Source: Mytilus trossulus
Lineage: Eukaryota
Length of the DNA: 64,000 nucleotides
Direction: 5' to 3'
Assembly: GCF_036588685.1 (NCBI RefSeq)
Contig: NC_086376.1
Coordinates: forward strand, 76,859,630-76,923,629
In this document: positions 36,636-50,300 of the stretch, one piece after another
How the letters are laid out: every line of letters starts with the position of its first letter
Numbering within the stretch: the first letter of the stretch is position 1
Notes under the pieces: model-generated
Told to the model about the DNA's origin: nothing
The model's database searches: none
What the model saw: only the letters and a program-made list of their open reading frames with translations
Made by a program: the position numbers and the translations under genes

Positions 36636-38760
36636 GTATTGTAAACTATACTTCAATGGAGTAACGAGTACTCAAATAAAACTTTACAAAAATGAATAAA
36701 AGGATTCATGTAATAGACTTTGTATGTAGAATTATAGATATAAAAATGTGTGATTTACGATGTGCGTTTATGGTTAAATAAGAAGGATCTAAGTAAAAAT
36801 ATCTGTAATTGTTTCAATTATTTTAGTTAATTGATGTCAAATATATAGGTGCATATTGTTTATGAACTCATGCGGATTTTAATGTTTTTTAATATACATT
36901 TTTTAAAATTTAGAAATGAATGAACTGTGGCGATGTTGGCATGACGGACGAATCACAGTTACTTATTGACATATCCTCATTTTCTCATTGAGCAGTAAGA
37001 CACTAGATTGAAATGGAAATTATAGGAAATCTTCAATATTATAATGACGTTGTTCACCTCCTTTCTAATTTTGTTTTCTCATCCGAATGGTTTTGGGGGT
37101 TGGTTTCCATCAGCAAAACATACACGATCAACGTTTTCAATTAAAAACTGTGTTAAAAAGTTTCGTGTAAACACATGTATAAAAAACCTTGAAACAACTT
37201 GAAAGACTTCGATTAAAATGATTAATAGAATACGGGCCTAAGTCTTTTATGTATAATGAATATGGATATGAACTGCCTCCTGAACTCCTCTTCAAAATTA
37301 AATTAAAAAATGATTTACAGATAAAAAAAAATATTTTGACTTTTGCACATGCTACCTAACGTTTGATTTGAGGGATTTTTTTTTCTTTTTTTTTTAGGGG
37401 AGGGGGGGGGGGGGGTAGGAGAACCTTCAGAAGCCATGCATATACCGACTCTGTCAGATGTTTAAGACAGAAAACAGCGGTGCTTTGCTTTTGCGTCAAT
37501 TGGCATTTCGTTTGCGCCAAAATATTTTTTTCGTTTGCGCCATAAACCATTATTCATTCGTGCTAAAATAAAACAATTAATTTGCGCAAATAATATATAA
37601 AAAAAAAGAGTTTTATTCAAAAGAGCCTATTGATACTAACATAGTTTTTAATTGCATGATAAAAACATATTCCTTCGAGATCAGTCACCGTAACCATAAT
37701 GAAAGCATGATACACTGGATACGTTCTGAATTAAAGACTTTTCATAAAAATGTTTAAACACAATTTAACCAAAGTTCAAATTAAGTGGTTGAAAGCAATA
37801 ATAAGCAACATTGTGGCCTTCAAAAATAAAAAAAACGAATACCGTATAATCGGATACAAACAGACATGAAAATTCTAACGGCCCGTTTGTCTCAGAATTG
37901 AAAATGTCAATCTTAAAACCTAAATAGGTGAACGCAATATTGTTTTAAAAAGTGATTCCCCGATTTATATTACAAATGACAATGCACATCCTTAGACTTA
38001 GTTATCCAGTCGAAACTTTAAAAAAATCTAATTCACGAGCGAATTTGAAGCGATGAATATTTTTAGATTTTCCGTTGTATGTTACTGGCGCAAATGTAGT
38101 TTTCATTTATTTTTTTTTAACGCAAATGAAATTTAACAGTTCCTCGAAGCGCAAATGAAAGGTTGGATTTTGTTAAAATTTGCGCAAATTTAATGCGCCC
38201 AAAAATGATTGTTTATTATAGTATAACATACTTCTATAAAACAATATCATACATCGTTTATGTCATTTAAATAAGTATACAAATATAAATTTTAATCAAA
38301 AGTTAAGATATTTGATATATAGCCAAAACAGTTTTTAAAACACTTTTAATTAAATACTTCTTTTAAACATTCATAAAAGAAGCTTTTCTAATAAAGAACC
38401 TGCTTTACACAATAGTTTCTGCTATAAAACGTAAAATATAAAAAGTTGGCTAAAAGAGGGTTGTCATTTGAAATAAGAGAAGTGAATTTGATATAAAAGA
38501 GAAAAAGTTAATCGAATTTTTCATCATTGCTAAAATTATTAAAATTGTAATTACTGGTAATTTCATGGGCTATCAGAAATAGATTGAAATATTTAAAGAT
38601 CTTTAAATGGTAGAGCTAGGCCAAGCAGGCGGAACTTGGGTTCATCTCAAAAAATCTTTGCGGTTATAATTGCAACATAGAAGATACATTGTAAAATTTG
38701 TGGACATGTTAAATGGATGTTAGCAGACTTCATCGATATGTGATTGCTACTCACAACTTG

Positions 38761-39240
38761 AAGGAAGTTATTAAACCAAGAGTTCCTAATGGTGAAGTTG
38801 AAATCATCCCTTCGTAAATTTTACGGACGCCATCACGAGTTGGTTGACCCATGGAAGTATTATATTGAATATAATACTTGCATGGTTGACCGTTATGGAA
38901 TAACCGTTTCACTGATATCGGATATTTTCCTTATGTCGTTACTACAATACCCTTCCCTTTCCACGAATGTGACCTGCCAAATTAGACAATTTACCGGATT
39001 TGTAATAACATAAGCAACACGACGGGTGCCACATATGGCGCAGGATCTGCTTACCGGCCTTCCAGAGCACCTGATATCACCCCAAGTTTTTGGTGGGGTT
39101 CGTGTTGCTTAGTCTTTAGCTTTCTATGTTGTGTCTTCCGTACTATTATTTGTCTGTTTGTCTTTTTATTTTTAGCTATGGCGTTGTCAGTTAATTTTCA
39201 ATCTATGAGTTTGACTCTCCCTCTGGTATCTTTCGTCCCT
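38761..39240 (+). mobile_element. 5'-truncated retroelement remnant (RT C-terminus plus 3' tail)
   Basis: RKLLNQEFLMVKLKSSLRKFYGRHHELVD..RYGITVS peptide; colinear with 58422-58855. Confidence 0.7.
38850..38884. mobile_element. 35-bp palindromic insertion with a 7-bp TSD (candidate P-superfamily excision footprint)
   Basis: CATGGAAGTATTATATT-G-AATATAATACTTGCATG flanked by GTTGACC twice; the sister copy at 58501 has the empty site. Confidence 0.7.
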
Positions 39241-41209
39241 ATATTGTCATGAACCAACTTAACAATTTTTTAAAGAAGAATCTCAACTTTTTTTTCCTTT
39301 ATAACTGCATGATGAAAGATAAATAGAGATTTCTATAATACATGTTCAAACTAAATATTTGATACATACTTTGTTAATATATGTATCATTGTCATTTTGT
39401 TTAAGTTTCTGCTCTTACCTATTCTGACATCTGACTCTTAAATCAGTTAAAATTTCCCAGATAGAAAAAAAAAGTAAATAATTATGGTTGCATTTATTAA
39501 CAAGTTTCAGTTAAACAATTAAAGACGGAGCTAAAGTGTGATGAAAATCATGTTGATAATTGTGCTTTTACATCACCATGCTGATATGATTTGAAACTGT
39601 GTTATGGTTTACAACTTCGATCTACCGTGTGTGTTTTCTTAAAAGGGATGTATGAGAGAACGTCTCTGTTAAGTATATATATGTTGTGTTATCTAGTTAC
39701 AGATTAGTTTTTTTAGATAAAGATCAAATATTTTAAACAATTATATTGTGTGACACAGTGTGTATAAACCCACATCTGGGGTAAAACTATCTTCCTCGTT
39801 ATATGATGCATTAAACAATGACATTGTTAAATTTCTCTTTCAATTGTTCAAATATTTTCTTACTTACTATTTTTTTCCTCAATTTCAATATGCTTTATGG
39901 AGTGAAAGTAATTCTCACGAAATAAATGTAAACACCAACATCTATGGGTTTATATGTCTATGCTCACGACAAATAATTCCATCATAAATATGTTATACCA
40001 CCATTGATTTACTTGATTTTCCTCTATTAGTCTTAGTTAAATTTGCACTTTTCAAAAAACTGTTCATAATTTATCTTTGTTTCAAATATAGATATACTCG
40101 ACAAGAGTAAAGATTAATCCTGCCCAGTACTATAGACAAAATTTTATATAACATTTTCAACGACAAACGCATATTTAAACATAAATAAATAAATTATAAA
40201 AATGTTTACTACCTGTGTTCTGGTGTTTTCTTGAAAAGTGATAATTGGTAGTGAGTTCTACTTAAAATCTGACATTTTTATCCAATATAAATTGTAAGAG
40301 GGGCCATGGCCCCTCGCTCTTAATTTCATAGTCTATAACTTTTTTATAGACTTACCTACCCTTGAATTAAAATTAGAAAACTGTCCAAACTAAACCTTAA
40401 ACAGAGATAAGATGTGCTTACTGTTAAATGAAGTGAAACCAATTTTCCACTTACTTATTCACTAAATAATTTTTTCTGGTTCTTCAATTATGATTCACTT
40501 TTAGTCAACATTTTACAAAGATTCTCTCCCGTTTTCTCTGTTCAAATATTAGTAACCATGTGACCTCAAGTTTCCGAAATACTCTGTAAAAACACCATAT
40601 GTAAAAAAAAATGGTGCTTTGAGAAACACCCAAGATATATGTTTATTTCTCCGTTTTTTTTACTGCAATGAAATGTAGGATTAATTTCCCACAACTGCAA
40701 AATTCAAGGGAAATTCAATATTTTGTTCGACCTTTTTTTGTTTCTATGATATAACTAACACCTAAAGCAGGATATAGTTTAAAAGGAAATCTAAAATAAT
40801 CTCAGAAGATCCTTATTTCTATTATAATTTAATTAAAACGTTGAATATATATAATCATGATTTTATATAAATTTGAAAGAAAAGTAAGAAGAGAAATTTT
40901 CTCAAAAATTTAATATTCCATCTTTAACTATCCTTAAACTTTAAAGGCATTGTCAAACACATAGCTCTTGGACTACATCTTTTAAAACATTAATACCCTA
41001 TAACAGGGACTTTCTATACAAAACCTTTCTCTCATAATAGACTATTTGCAGCTTCTTAAATATATTTTGTTTATTTCTTTCCGTTTAAGATTTAAAATTT
41101 TACATATGAATTTAGATATATCCTGTATTAATGTTTACTTGCGTTGATTAATTCATTCAACAAATCCTTATTCATGAATATGTACATAAAAGTTGTCAAC
41201 TGTCAGAAA

Positions 41210-41310
41210 GTCACATGACCACTCAAGTAATTGATCAGTATTTTGCCATTAACCTCCGTACCTTTAACAAGTTTATATAAATTTATTGCAGTATGTGAGT
41301 ATTTAGTGTG
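41210..41310 (+). promoter_or_regulatory. Putative core promoter of the CSRP gene (E-box, TATA, Inr)
   Basis: GTCACATGAC at 41210-41219, TATATAAA starting at 41274, Inr-like TTAGT with its A at 41305 (31 bp after the TATA start), ATG 58 nt further on. Confidence 0.5.
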
Positions 41311-41362
41311 ATTTTAAATCGGCATTTTCGACGGTACATTGAATAGTACCTATGACAAATAG

Positions 41363-44300
41363 ATGATGGATTTAATCAGTGTTTTACTCTGCTTTGTTTA
41401 CTTCGGTAAGTGTTTACCTGTAGTTTAACAGTTATGAAATCTACATGATAACATACACTTTGCTTTTACTTTATTCATTGTTATCTAAGTGTTAATAGGT
41501 ACAAATAGGACACCCAAGTATTTTCTTCCCCTTCTTGTGGTCTGATAACAATATTATATATAAATACGGGAAATAAGACTTCAAAGAAGTTTGTAGCTAG
41601 TCCATTAAAACATCTCAGATGTTTGATAGTATGAAAAAAAACGAAACGGAAACATGCAAAAAATAAAGTCGCTGAAATATTTGTACATGCTATTTGGCCG
41701 AAGGCAGATTAGTACATAATTATCTAGTGTTTGATATTAATAAGTAATAAATGCACGACATATGAGGGGTGGTATTGTAAAGGAGAGGCGAACCATGTGT
41801 TATTGAGTAGAAAACAAATATGACCTCAGATAATCCTCATATAATACATTGTGGTTATTTGTTTCTGTGCCCACAATGACTTGTCGGGAACAAGAAATAT
41901 CACCTTGCAAACGAATATGGACAATAATTATTATTCTTTTTCATTGAACAATTTAACAACCTCATTTTTGTGCAAAATATTATAGGCAAAATTCTGATGG
42001 TCATTCATTGCAATATTGCAAGTAATTCACATTAGAGCAGCTAGGACAATTTGTTTAGCCCATTTTCCATATTAAATCCGTTATATTTTTGTTTTCTTTT
42101 AATTTCAAATTACTCTCGTATTTTGTTTTGTATTTACATAAATATACTAGAAATAACATCGATTCATTATCTCTCTTTATATATTATAAGTGACCGCTTT
42201 TGGATAGTAATCTAGGAATTTATAATAAATAGCAAATACATATTACTTTAGTATATTTATGGCAATTGAAATAAGGGTTTGCTTTAACAAATTATGACTT
42301 GGATGGAGAGTTGTCTCATTGGCACTCTTACCACATATTTTTATATCTATAAACCTTTAATTCAATAGTTCAGCACACAATCAAGGGGTTGAGCCTGTTT
42401 CCACTGGAAGTAATATCACAGTATACTTGTTCCTGACTTATTAAAGGGTCTAACTTCTATAGTCTACAGCCCCAAAAGAGAAGAAACCCTTATGTGCTTA
42501 GAGCCAATTTGACGAGTAAAAGCCTTTTCCCAAATGATTTTTAACAGTATGTTCTTATGTCGTATTCCACAGTCAAAGTTAAGGTATGTTTGGATCAATC
42601 ATCCCATTTGGATTAATGTAGCAACTTACTGCTTTTCTAGAAATTGCTATCCAAAAGTTGTTTGTATTGATCCCAACAAATTTACTTATTTAGTTATTTA
42701 ATATTTTCTCTGAAATTTATCTAGTATTACAGATTAAGGTCAACATCACTCATATGAGTGGGTAACAGATTATCATACTCATATTTCTTCAATGCTTTTT
42801 TTCAACTGATTGTATAATTTGTTCTTATGTTGTGCTTTTACACCACTGCCGATATCCAACTATAGCAGTCATCACGTGACTTTTGTGACGTCACACATCA
42901 CCCGTATCAAGCCCAAGTAAATTGTATAGAAATGCATAGGGGCTATCTGGAATCGATGAAATACATTACTTTAAGTTCATGATACTAAAAGTGTGGGTCT
43001 TTGTAGTAATTCCACATATATTTAGAAATATAAATATTCCTTTCGGAATAGTTTAAATTTTGATCTTCTCCCTTCCAAATGCTTTTGAAAATTTGTCTTG
43101 TTGCCTCGATAGTTCACACTGTTAAATCATACAACTACGATAAATATTGGATTTTCTGTCGTCTTTAACCTTAAATTGCGATTTAAACAAAACAGATGGA
43201 ATAATTGTGGGTCTTTGTGCTTATTATTATATTCATAAATATTTGAAATATCGTATATAGAATAGTTTAATTTTCTATGATGTCCCTTCCAAATTGATTT
43301 GAAAATAAGCTATTTTCAGAAAATCTGCTATTATTTTTCAAGATGGCGACCAGATTGACAGCGTGGGGCGACATGGTAAAAATATTATTTGTACGATTTT
43401 TACTATGAAAATTAAATAACTGTTGGAAGCTCGCGTTTTCATTCATTGTCTTACCTTAAAGCAGCATGTAATCGAACATTGGTTCCTTTTTATCAAGCTT
43501 AAACATGCTGTTGTTATTTTTATAAAATTTTGAAAAATGGCGAACAAATATTTTTCAAACGTAGAGGATGTTCGACACTTATTTTGTTAATGCACATAAT
43601 TCAATTTATTTTCTCTGTTTATATTGCAATTAAATATGACACGTTATTGTAACTATAAGAATAGCCATAGCAAGATTAAGGAGATATTAATTAAGTCATA
43701 ACATCAACGTGATCAAAGAAAACAAACATGGCACCTAATCACGATGTAAGTTTTGACAATACCCATGTAGATGCATGTTTTGACAATACCTATGCCGGTT
43801 AGTGTTGTCCGATTACCAATGAGATTTTTTGCAATATTATTTTATATTCATAAAAGAAGACATCGAATGGATATAAACCGAGGTGAACTAAATATATTTT
43901 TCAATTTTCTTTAAATAATTCATCAGGTAACCAGTATAAAAATTCTAATTGAACCAGTCACATGCAGAGTTATCGAACGTGATTATGACTGTAATAGTTG
44001 CATATAGTCAAAGGTTGGGAGGGTTGAGCTGACACATACATGTATAACTCTGCAACATTCCTTAGATGGCTGTCCAAATTCAGTTGTTGTCGTTGGTTGC
44101 TTTCTGAGGTTTTTTCCGTTTATTGCTTTTAACATCAATTAGGCCGTTTGTTTTCATTCTTTATATGATACCAACTCATATGAGTGGGTAACAGATTATC
44201 ATACTCATAATTTTTCAATGCTTTTTTCAACTGATTGTGTAATTTTTTCTTATGTTGTGCTTTTACACCACTGTCAAAGGTTGGGAGGGTTGAGCTGACA

Positions 44301-47300
44301 CATACAAGTATAACTCTGCAACATTCCTTAGATGGCTGTCCAAATTCAGTTGTTGTCGTTGTTTGCTTTCGGAGGTTTTTTTCGTGTATCGCTTTTAACA
44401 TCAATCGGGCCGTTTGTTTTCATTCTTTGTGTTGGTTTAACATTGTGTCATGACAGGGCCTTTCAAGATTACTCAAATACGTGTGGCCTTTTCCCTATGT
44501 GGAAAGGCGCATAATGTGACCTTTTCATCTATATATCCTCGGCTTTTGATCTCTGTGGATAGACCTCTTATTGATAATCATGCCATATCCACAAATTGGT
44601 ATTTCTATATTCTATATTCTTATTTGAATTATTCTCATGTTTGATACTTTACTATTTCATGAGTGTAGTCAAGTTATAACATACAGGTGTCTTATTGTAA
44701 AACATGACTAGTTTTATGATGGCAATAATAAATATGTATAACATTTTCACAGGCATGCACAACTGCCTCGGCGTTCACATGTTTGACACTCGAATGTGCA
44801 TACTAAAGTCTTTAATATTGGTATTTTGCTTAATATCTTAGATAAGAGTAAAAGCAAAGCCGTCTAATGTGGTTCGGAGTCATAATGTTTCATTGTAGGA
44901 TAATAGGTGCATGTTCTTCATACGGACATTACGTTAAAAAATGAAGACTCAATAAAATGGTTAAAAGAGTATATTGATGTCTCATTTTAGTTCTTTCGTC
45001 CTGATTTTAAATGTTCCTTGTGTCGCTCGATCTTAAGCAACCATAAATCTACTTGGTTCATCAAAGAAAATAAAAAACAAACGTAGCACTATTATCGACA
45101 GCTCTAGTCGGCACTTTTTGGATTCTCTAGTTCTTTCTGTTACCAGTAAACCGTCTTTAGCTGGTCGTTAAAGAATAAGGTAGAATAAGGTAGCGAAAGA
45201 ATTAAATCTTACTTCTCAACTTCCCAATAGATCGGGAGATAATTTTCTATTATGTACATCCGGATCGACTTCCTTTTATTTTCATATACATTCCGTACAA
45301 TCTTGCATACCATCATGATTGAAAAGGACGTTGTTGGTAGTTCGATTGATTTATATATTTGAGACAACCCATATATAATATTTTTGCTTTTTATCCCCCA
45401 AAAGTCATTCGATGCAAAAATGGAAAATGAGATATATAAGGGTACCAGGGTAATAATTCCATGAAAGTTTACCTAGTTATTGAAAGTTTACACCAGATGT
45501 AGAAATGACTTAGTCCATATTTTCATATTAATTGAAAAACTCAAACCTTTCATCTACAACCAAACAATAGAACGATTTTATAACGTAATATTGTGATTTG
45601 TATTGCAAGGTCATAGCGCATTAAATGTTTTATTGTTGCGTGTTCATTGATCATGGCCAGTATATAATAATGAAGACTGCGAAGAAATACAGTTCGATTT
45701 TGTATCTTTCTTGTTAGCACTTATTCGCTGTATTATTTCAATTAAAGATCATCTTAACTTCGTAGAACATTAATATAATCACTGCAAGCAAGATTAAACA
45801 TTATATAACATGCATTCCATTTGCTTTGCTACTCAGTTCGTTCCATTGACCATTAACAGTGTCAGGTTTTACGTAATAGTTGTTATTTGTTATGATCTCC
45901 GAGTCTAGTAATGTTTATGCAGTAAACAAGAACTTGATGCTCAGTTGTTTATGTCTCCAAAATGTTCTAATTATAAATATATGTTAGATAATTTTTGTCT
46001 GCAATTTTATTTATGCAAACCAATTCCAAATGTTTACAAAAAATGTATTACAAAAATAAGATTAAGTAGCCACAACTTAGCTATAGAAAATGGAAGATTT
46101 TATGGTATAGCAAGAAATAATAGAATATGTACTTTTTGTAAAAATGATATAGAGGATGAGTTTCATTTCATCCTCAAATGTCCACGTTTTCAAGGTTTTA
46201 GAACAATTTATATTAAGCCATTTTATTGGAAAAAACCGTCGATGTACAAATTTATTAAACTGATGAGTACTAATAATGTAAAAGAATTGTGTAATTTAGG
46301 TAAATTTATATTAAGATCTTTTAAGCTCAGATCCGAAATGTTAAATTAATGTTTGTTTATTCTACAACACCTTCTGCTGTCACATAGTCTGTGTTTATGT
46401 ATGTATTATATGTATTATTGATGTTGATATAATTGTATACATATAGTTTATATAGACTTTGGTAATAAAGATATATAGTTAAAGAGTTCCAAGATTTTTG
46501 ATAATCAATCATGCAGCATTAACGGTGTGCATGTGACTCGTGAATGGCAAACGGAAAACCAAAAAGTTAATATTTTTAATCTGATAAATATATATATGGT
46601 CATATATAAAAGAATGGTAATACATGCATGTATGCACGAGGGTGTGCATGTTTTTTTTTCAAATACAGAATTATAGGCCAATATATTATGAATAGAGAAA
46701 TATATTCATGTCCAAGCGCAAACTCGTCGTGAGGCTAGAAATACACACCATCACATTTCGACCTGAACAAAAGCATAAAGCAATGGCAGTATGAAGATAA
46801 AAAGGGACGAGGTCCGTGAACTGGAGCAGAGACACGATTCATTTCCCTTTTCAATTGAGATCAGTGTTATAACTTAAAGGCACATAGGCGGAAGTGCAAT
46901 GAAAATCGTTTGTCTAAATAATGTCGAATATGTATGTTTGAGACTTATTTAAGGGGTAGTCCTCTTGATTATGTATTGGCCCATATACCGAAGTATGTAA
47001 GATATCTCATATCCCCGAAAACCAGAAATGCGTTGTTTATTGTATATAGGGCATTTAACTTATAATCTGATTGTAAACAACGGTTCGCTATCTGACGCAT
47101 ATACAGTTTCGTTGATATATCCTGGTAAATTCCTTCGTTTTATGAACTGAATAATATTTAATAGTAAGAATATTTAGTATGATTGCCAATGAGATAACTC
47201 TCTACCAGAGATCAATTATCCGCACAGCCTCAAACAATGAGCAAAACCAATACCGCATTATGTTGTCAAAACTGAAATTATATTCATTGTAATACATTGT

Positions 47301-50300
47301 GTTTGATTTCCTTAGTGTTAGTGCACCTCAGAATTGATATGAATAAAATATACATCTATGTCATCTTTTTAAATGACCCAGTAATCGTTTCTTTACACTT
47401 CAATATGTATACGATTTTTAGCTTATTACTGAATAAATACTTTGCAATTGTTCTTTTGCTTACACTTCACTTGAAATGTCAAGTTAAATACTTCAACTTT
47501 TGAAAGACCTGATTTGTTTTGTAGTGTTATATTTTCCTGCTTCGTTTATTCGTAGAGTAAAATTATATTCGATAGTTTTTCGAAAGTAACTGAACCAGTT
47601 TTTATTTTATTTTTATATTTATTTGTTTTATTATTTTGTTATTTTATTTTTAATATACCAATACATCTATTATTCTTATTTTTTACGGGAAAAAGGGTAA
47701 AAAAGGGGTGGGTGTGCTTATGAAGTACCATTGACTTCAATATTAACGTGCACGTCTGGCATAGACAGTATTAAGTAACGACTTATTTAATTTGCTGTTT
47801 ATGGCCACATGACTCACTCTTTTATAGTTAAATTACTTTTTTTTTACGTTACAAAATAAAGGTCTGAAATAATATTACGATTACATAATCTGTATCCAGG
47901 ATGCATCAAGTTCAACAATTTTTCCGTTTAAAAATGTTACTCTGAAATTTAAATTTATAGTTAACGTCCTCGTGAGATACGCATGATTTTTCTTCTGAAT
48001 CCACGCCTGCGGTTTCAAAACTGAGACGGAATACATCTTGGCAAATAGTGTCTGAGATTTATTTCTTAAACTCGTATTTTACTTTTATTTATTTTTTCTT
48101 AGTCAAAGTTGATCTCTTACCTCCTAATACTAACTTGAAATAAGCGTGTGCCAGACGGAGTACATTAAACTTTTTTAATGACGACAATGTCTGTATTTAA
48201 CCAGATTAAGATAGATAAATAAGAGGATATGGAATTATAACTGACAAAACATTTTATACAAAGCTTATAAATCATTGCACTGATTTATATAGAAATACAT
48301 TGCACTGATTTGTATAGAAATACACTGCACTGATTTATATAGAAATACATTGTGTAAGATTTGGTATTATTTTCAATGAGCCAACTCTCCACCAGAGGTC
48401 AAATGACACAGAAATATAGACTGGTACGGAATATATGTCAAAGATGACCTCATATGTGGTTTATTTGTTATAAACCATGAATCCATCCTTATCTCGTGTA
48501 TCGGAATTCGCTTTACCAAATTTAACTTGTCATGATCAAACGTAGTTTACCGACGTTCACATCTCATGGATCTATATTTATTAGATATAAATTAAGGTAC
48601 ATAAACGCATGAACTCCAAAAGTAGCAGAAGGGTAAGCTTTTCCATGATGCATGTCAAAGCCACAGGAGCTTGGGTATATAATACAGATATTTTTGTTTG
48701 TTTTTGTTGTTGATTAAAATATTCAATTTTCTATATTTATGATACATATCTATCGCTTCTGTCCATGTCTCACCTAGTTTCGAGTGATTTAAACGACTCA
48801 GAGAAAATCTCAGTATGGATAGTAAAATTGGGTACTTTTATCACTCGAAAGTAGGTGAGACATGCACAAAAGTGATAGAAATGTATTATAAATATAGAAC
48901 ATTGAATATTTTAATGAACAAGAAAAAATAATTATGTATATAGAATCATATTGAAAACAGTGTGGTCCTGGCCATTGATTGACGACCTAAATTATCCCAT
49001 TGACTGGGACAGATCAGGTGAACTTTTGTCTGTAACGACCATTGCTCACTTCTTATTTATTATAGAATTTAAACTGTGGGGTCACCAAAGGTTCTTAACG
49101 CCTTTAATAATAAAATAATTCGAAAAATTATTCAGGAATAACCTTTATGTTTTGATTTATATTATTGATATAAATCAACACATCGTATTATTCCGGATTC
49201 GTTTTTCGAATTGCTTTATTTAGGTGTTGAGAACCTTTTGTGACCCCACAGATTCAGTGTCTTTAACAAGTACATAGTGAGCAGTGATTGCAGTAATCTG
49301 TCCCAGTCAATGGGATAATTTAGATCGTCAATCAATGGCCAGGACCACACTGTTTTGAATATGATTCTATCATATACCCAAGCGCCTGTGTAAATTAGAC
49401 ACAGAACTGTATTTTGTATAAAATTTGCTTAACCAGACACACAAATATTTTTCCGAGCGCGGACATTCCCTATTTCCTTTCTCACTTTTATGTTATAACT
49501 TTTACCATCATCCGATTAGAAATCATGCTAACCAAATCTGTAAAAATACAATCATAATTTTTTTTCAATTTACTCATTGTGTTTGTGAATTACTCAAACA
49601 GAATAATTTAAACACAGCTTGTACAATTTGTATGTGATTATCATTAAGGATAAAAATTACAAAATACTTAAGTCTATAAAGGCGAATAGGAGATGATGTC
49701 GAATTTGTAGGCGATATAATTGTGTGTAGTAATTAAGGGATCAACTTTAGTAGCATGTGTAACGGATGCCTTTTATATATATATATATTCTTATAAACGA
49801 GTCTAAATTGAAAACTACGTTCAAACCTATGATTGCGTTGGATAAAAACCGCAATTTTTATACGTGTGCATGTTAAACAAATTTCGCTGTAGAAAGGTCT
49901 AAAAACAGCACAAACAACATTTTCCAAAAGACCAAAAAAGTGAAAAAGTATATTTCAACAAAACGCATTTGACTAACAGGTCGAACAACGAATGTTCTTG
50001 AACCCTGCTGACTGCCATTGGCGATTGCCAATTAAAATTGATCACAAGATGTAACAAAATGGATCTTAAAATAAATTTAATACTAAACAGAAAAACTTTT
50101 TAAACTTGTGGCCGCGATGTTATGCCACAAACATACGGTGTCAGTATATTTTAGTACACCAGATCCGGATTTCGACAATAAATGTCTCTTCAGTGATGTT
50201 AGGGATCGAAACGGTTCTTATATATATTCATTAACTATTTTTGACGATATGTTTTACCATTACAACAGTAATATTAATATTTCCTATAGCAATATGAAAT

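Noticed and set aside
38789-39013. 74-aa ORF as a host gene
   Set aside because: Retroelement RT tail kept in frame by the 42-bp footprint insertion.
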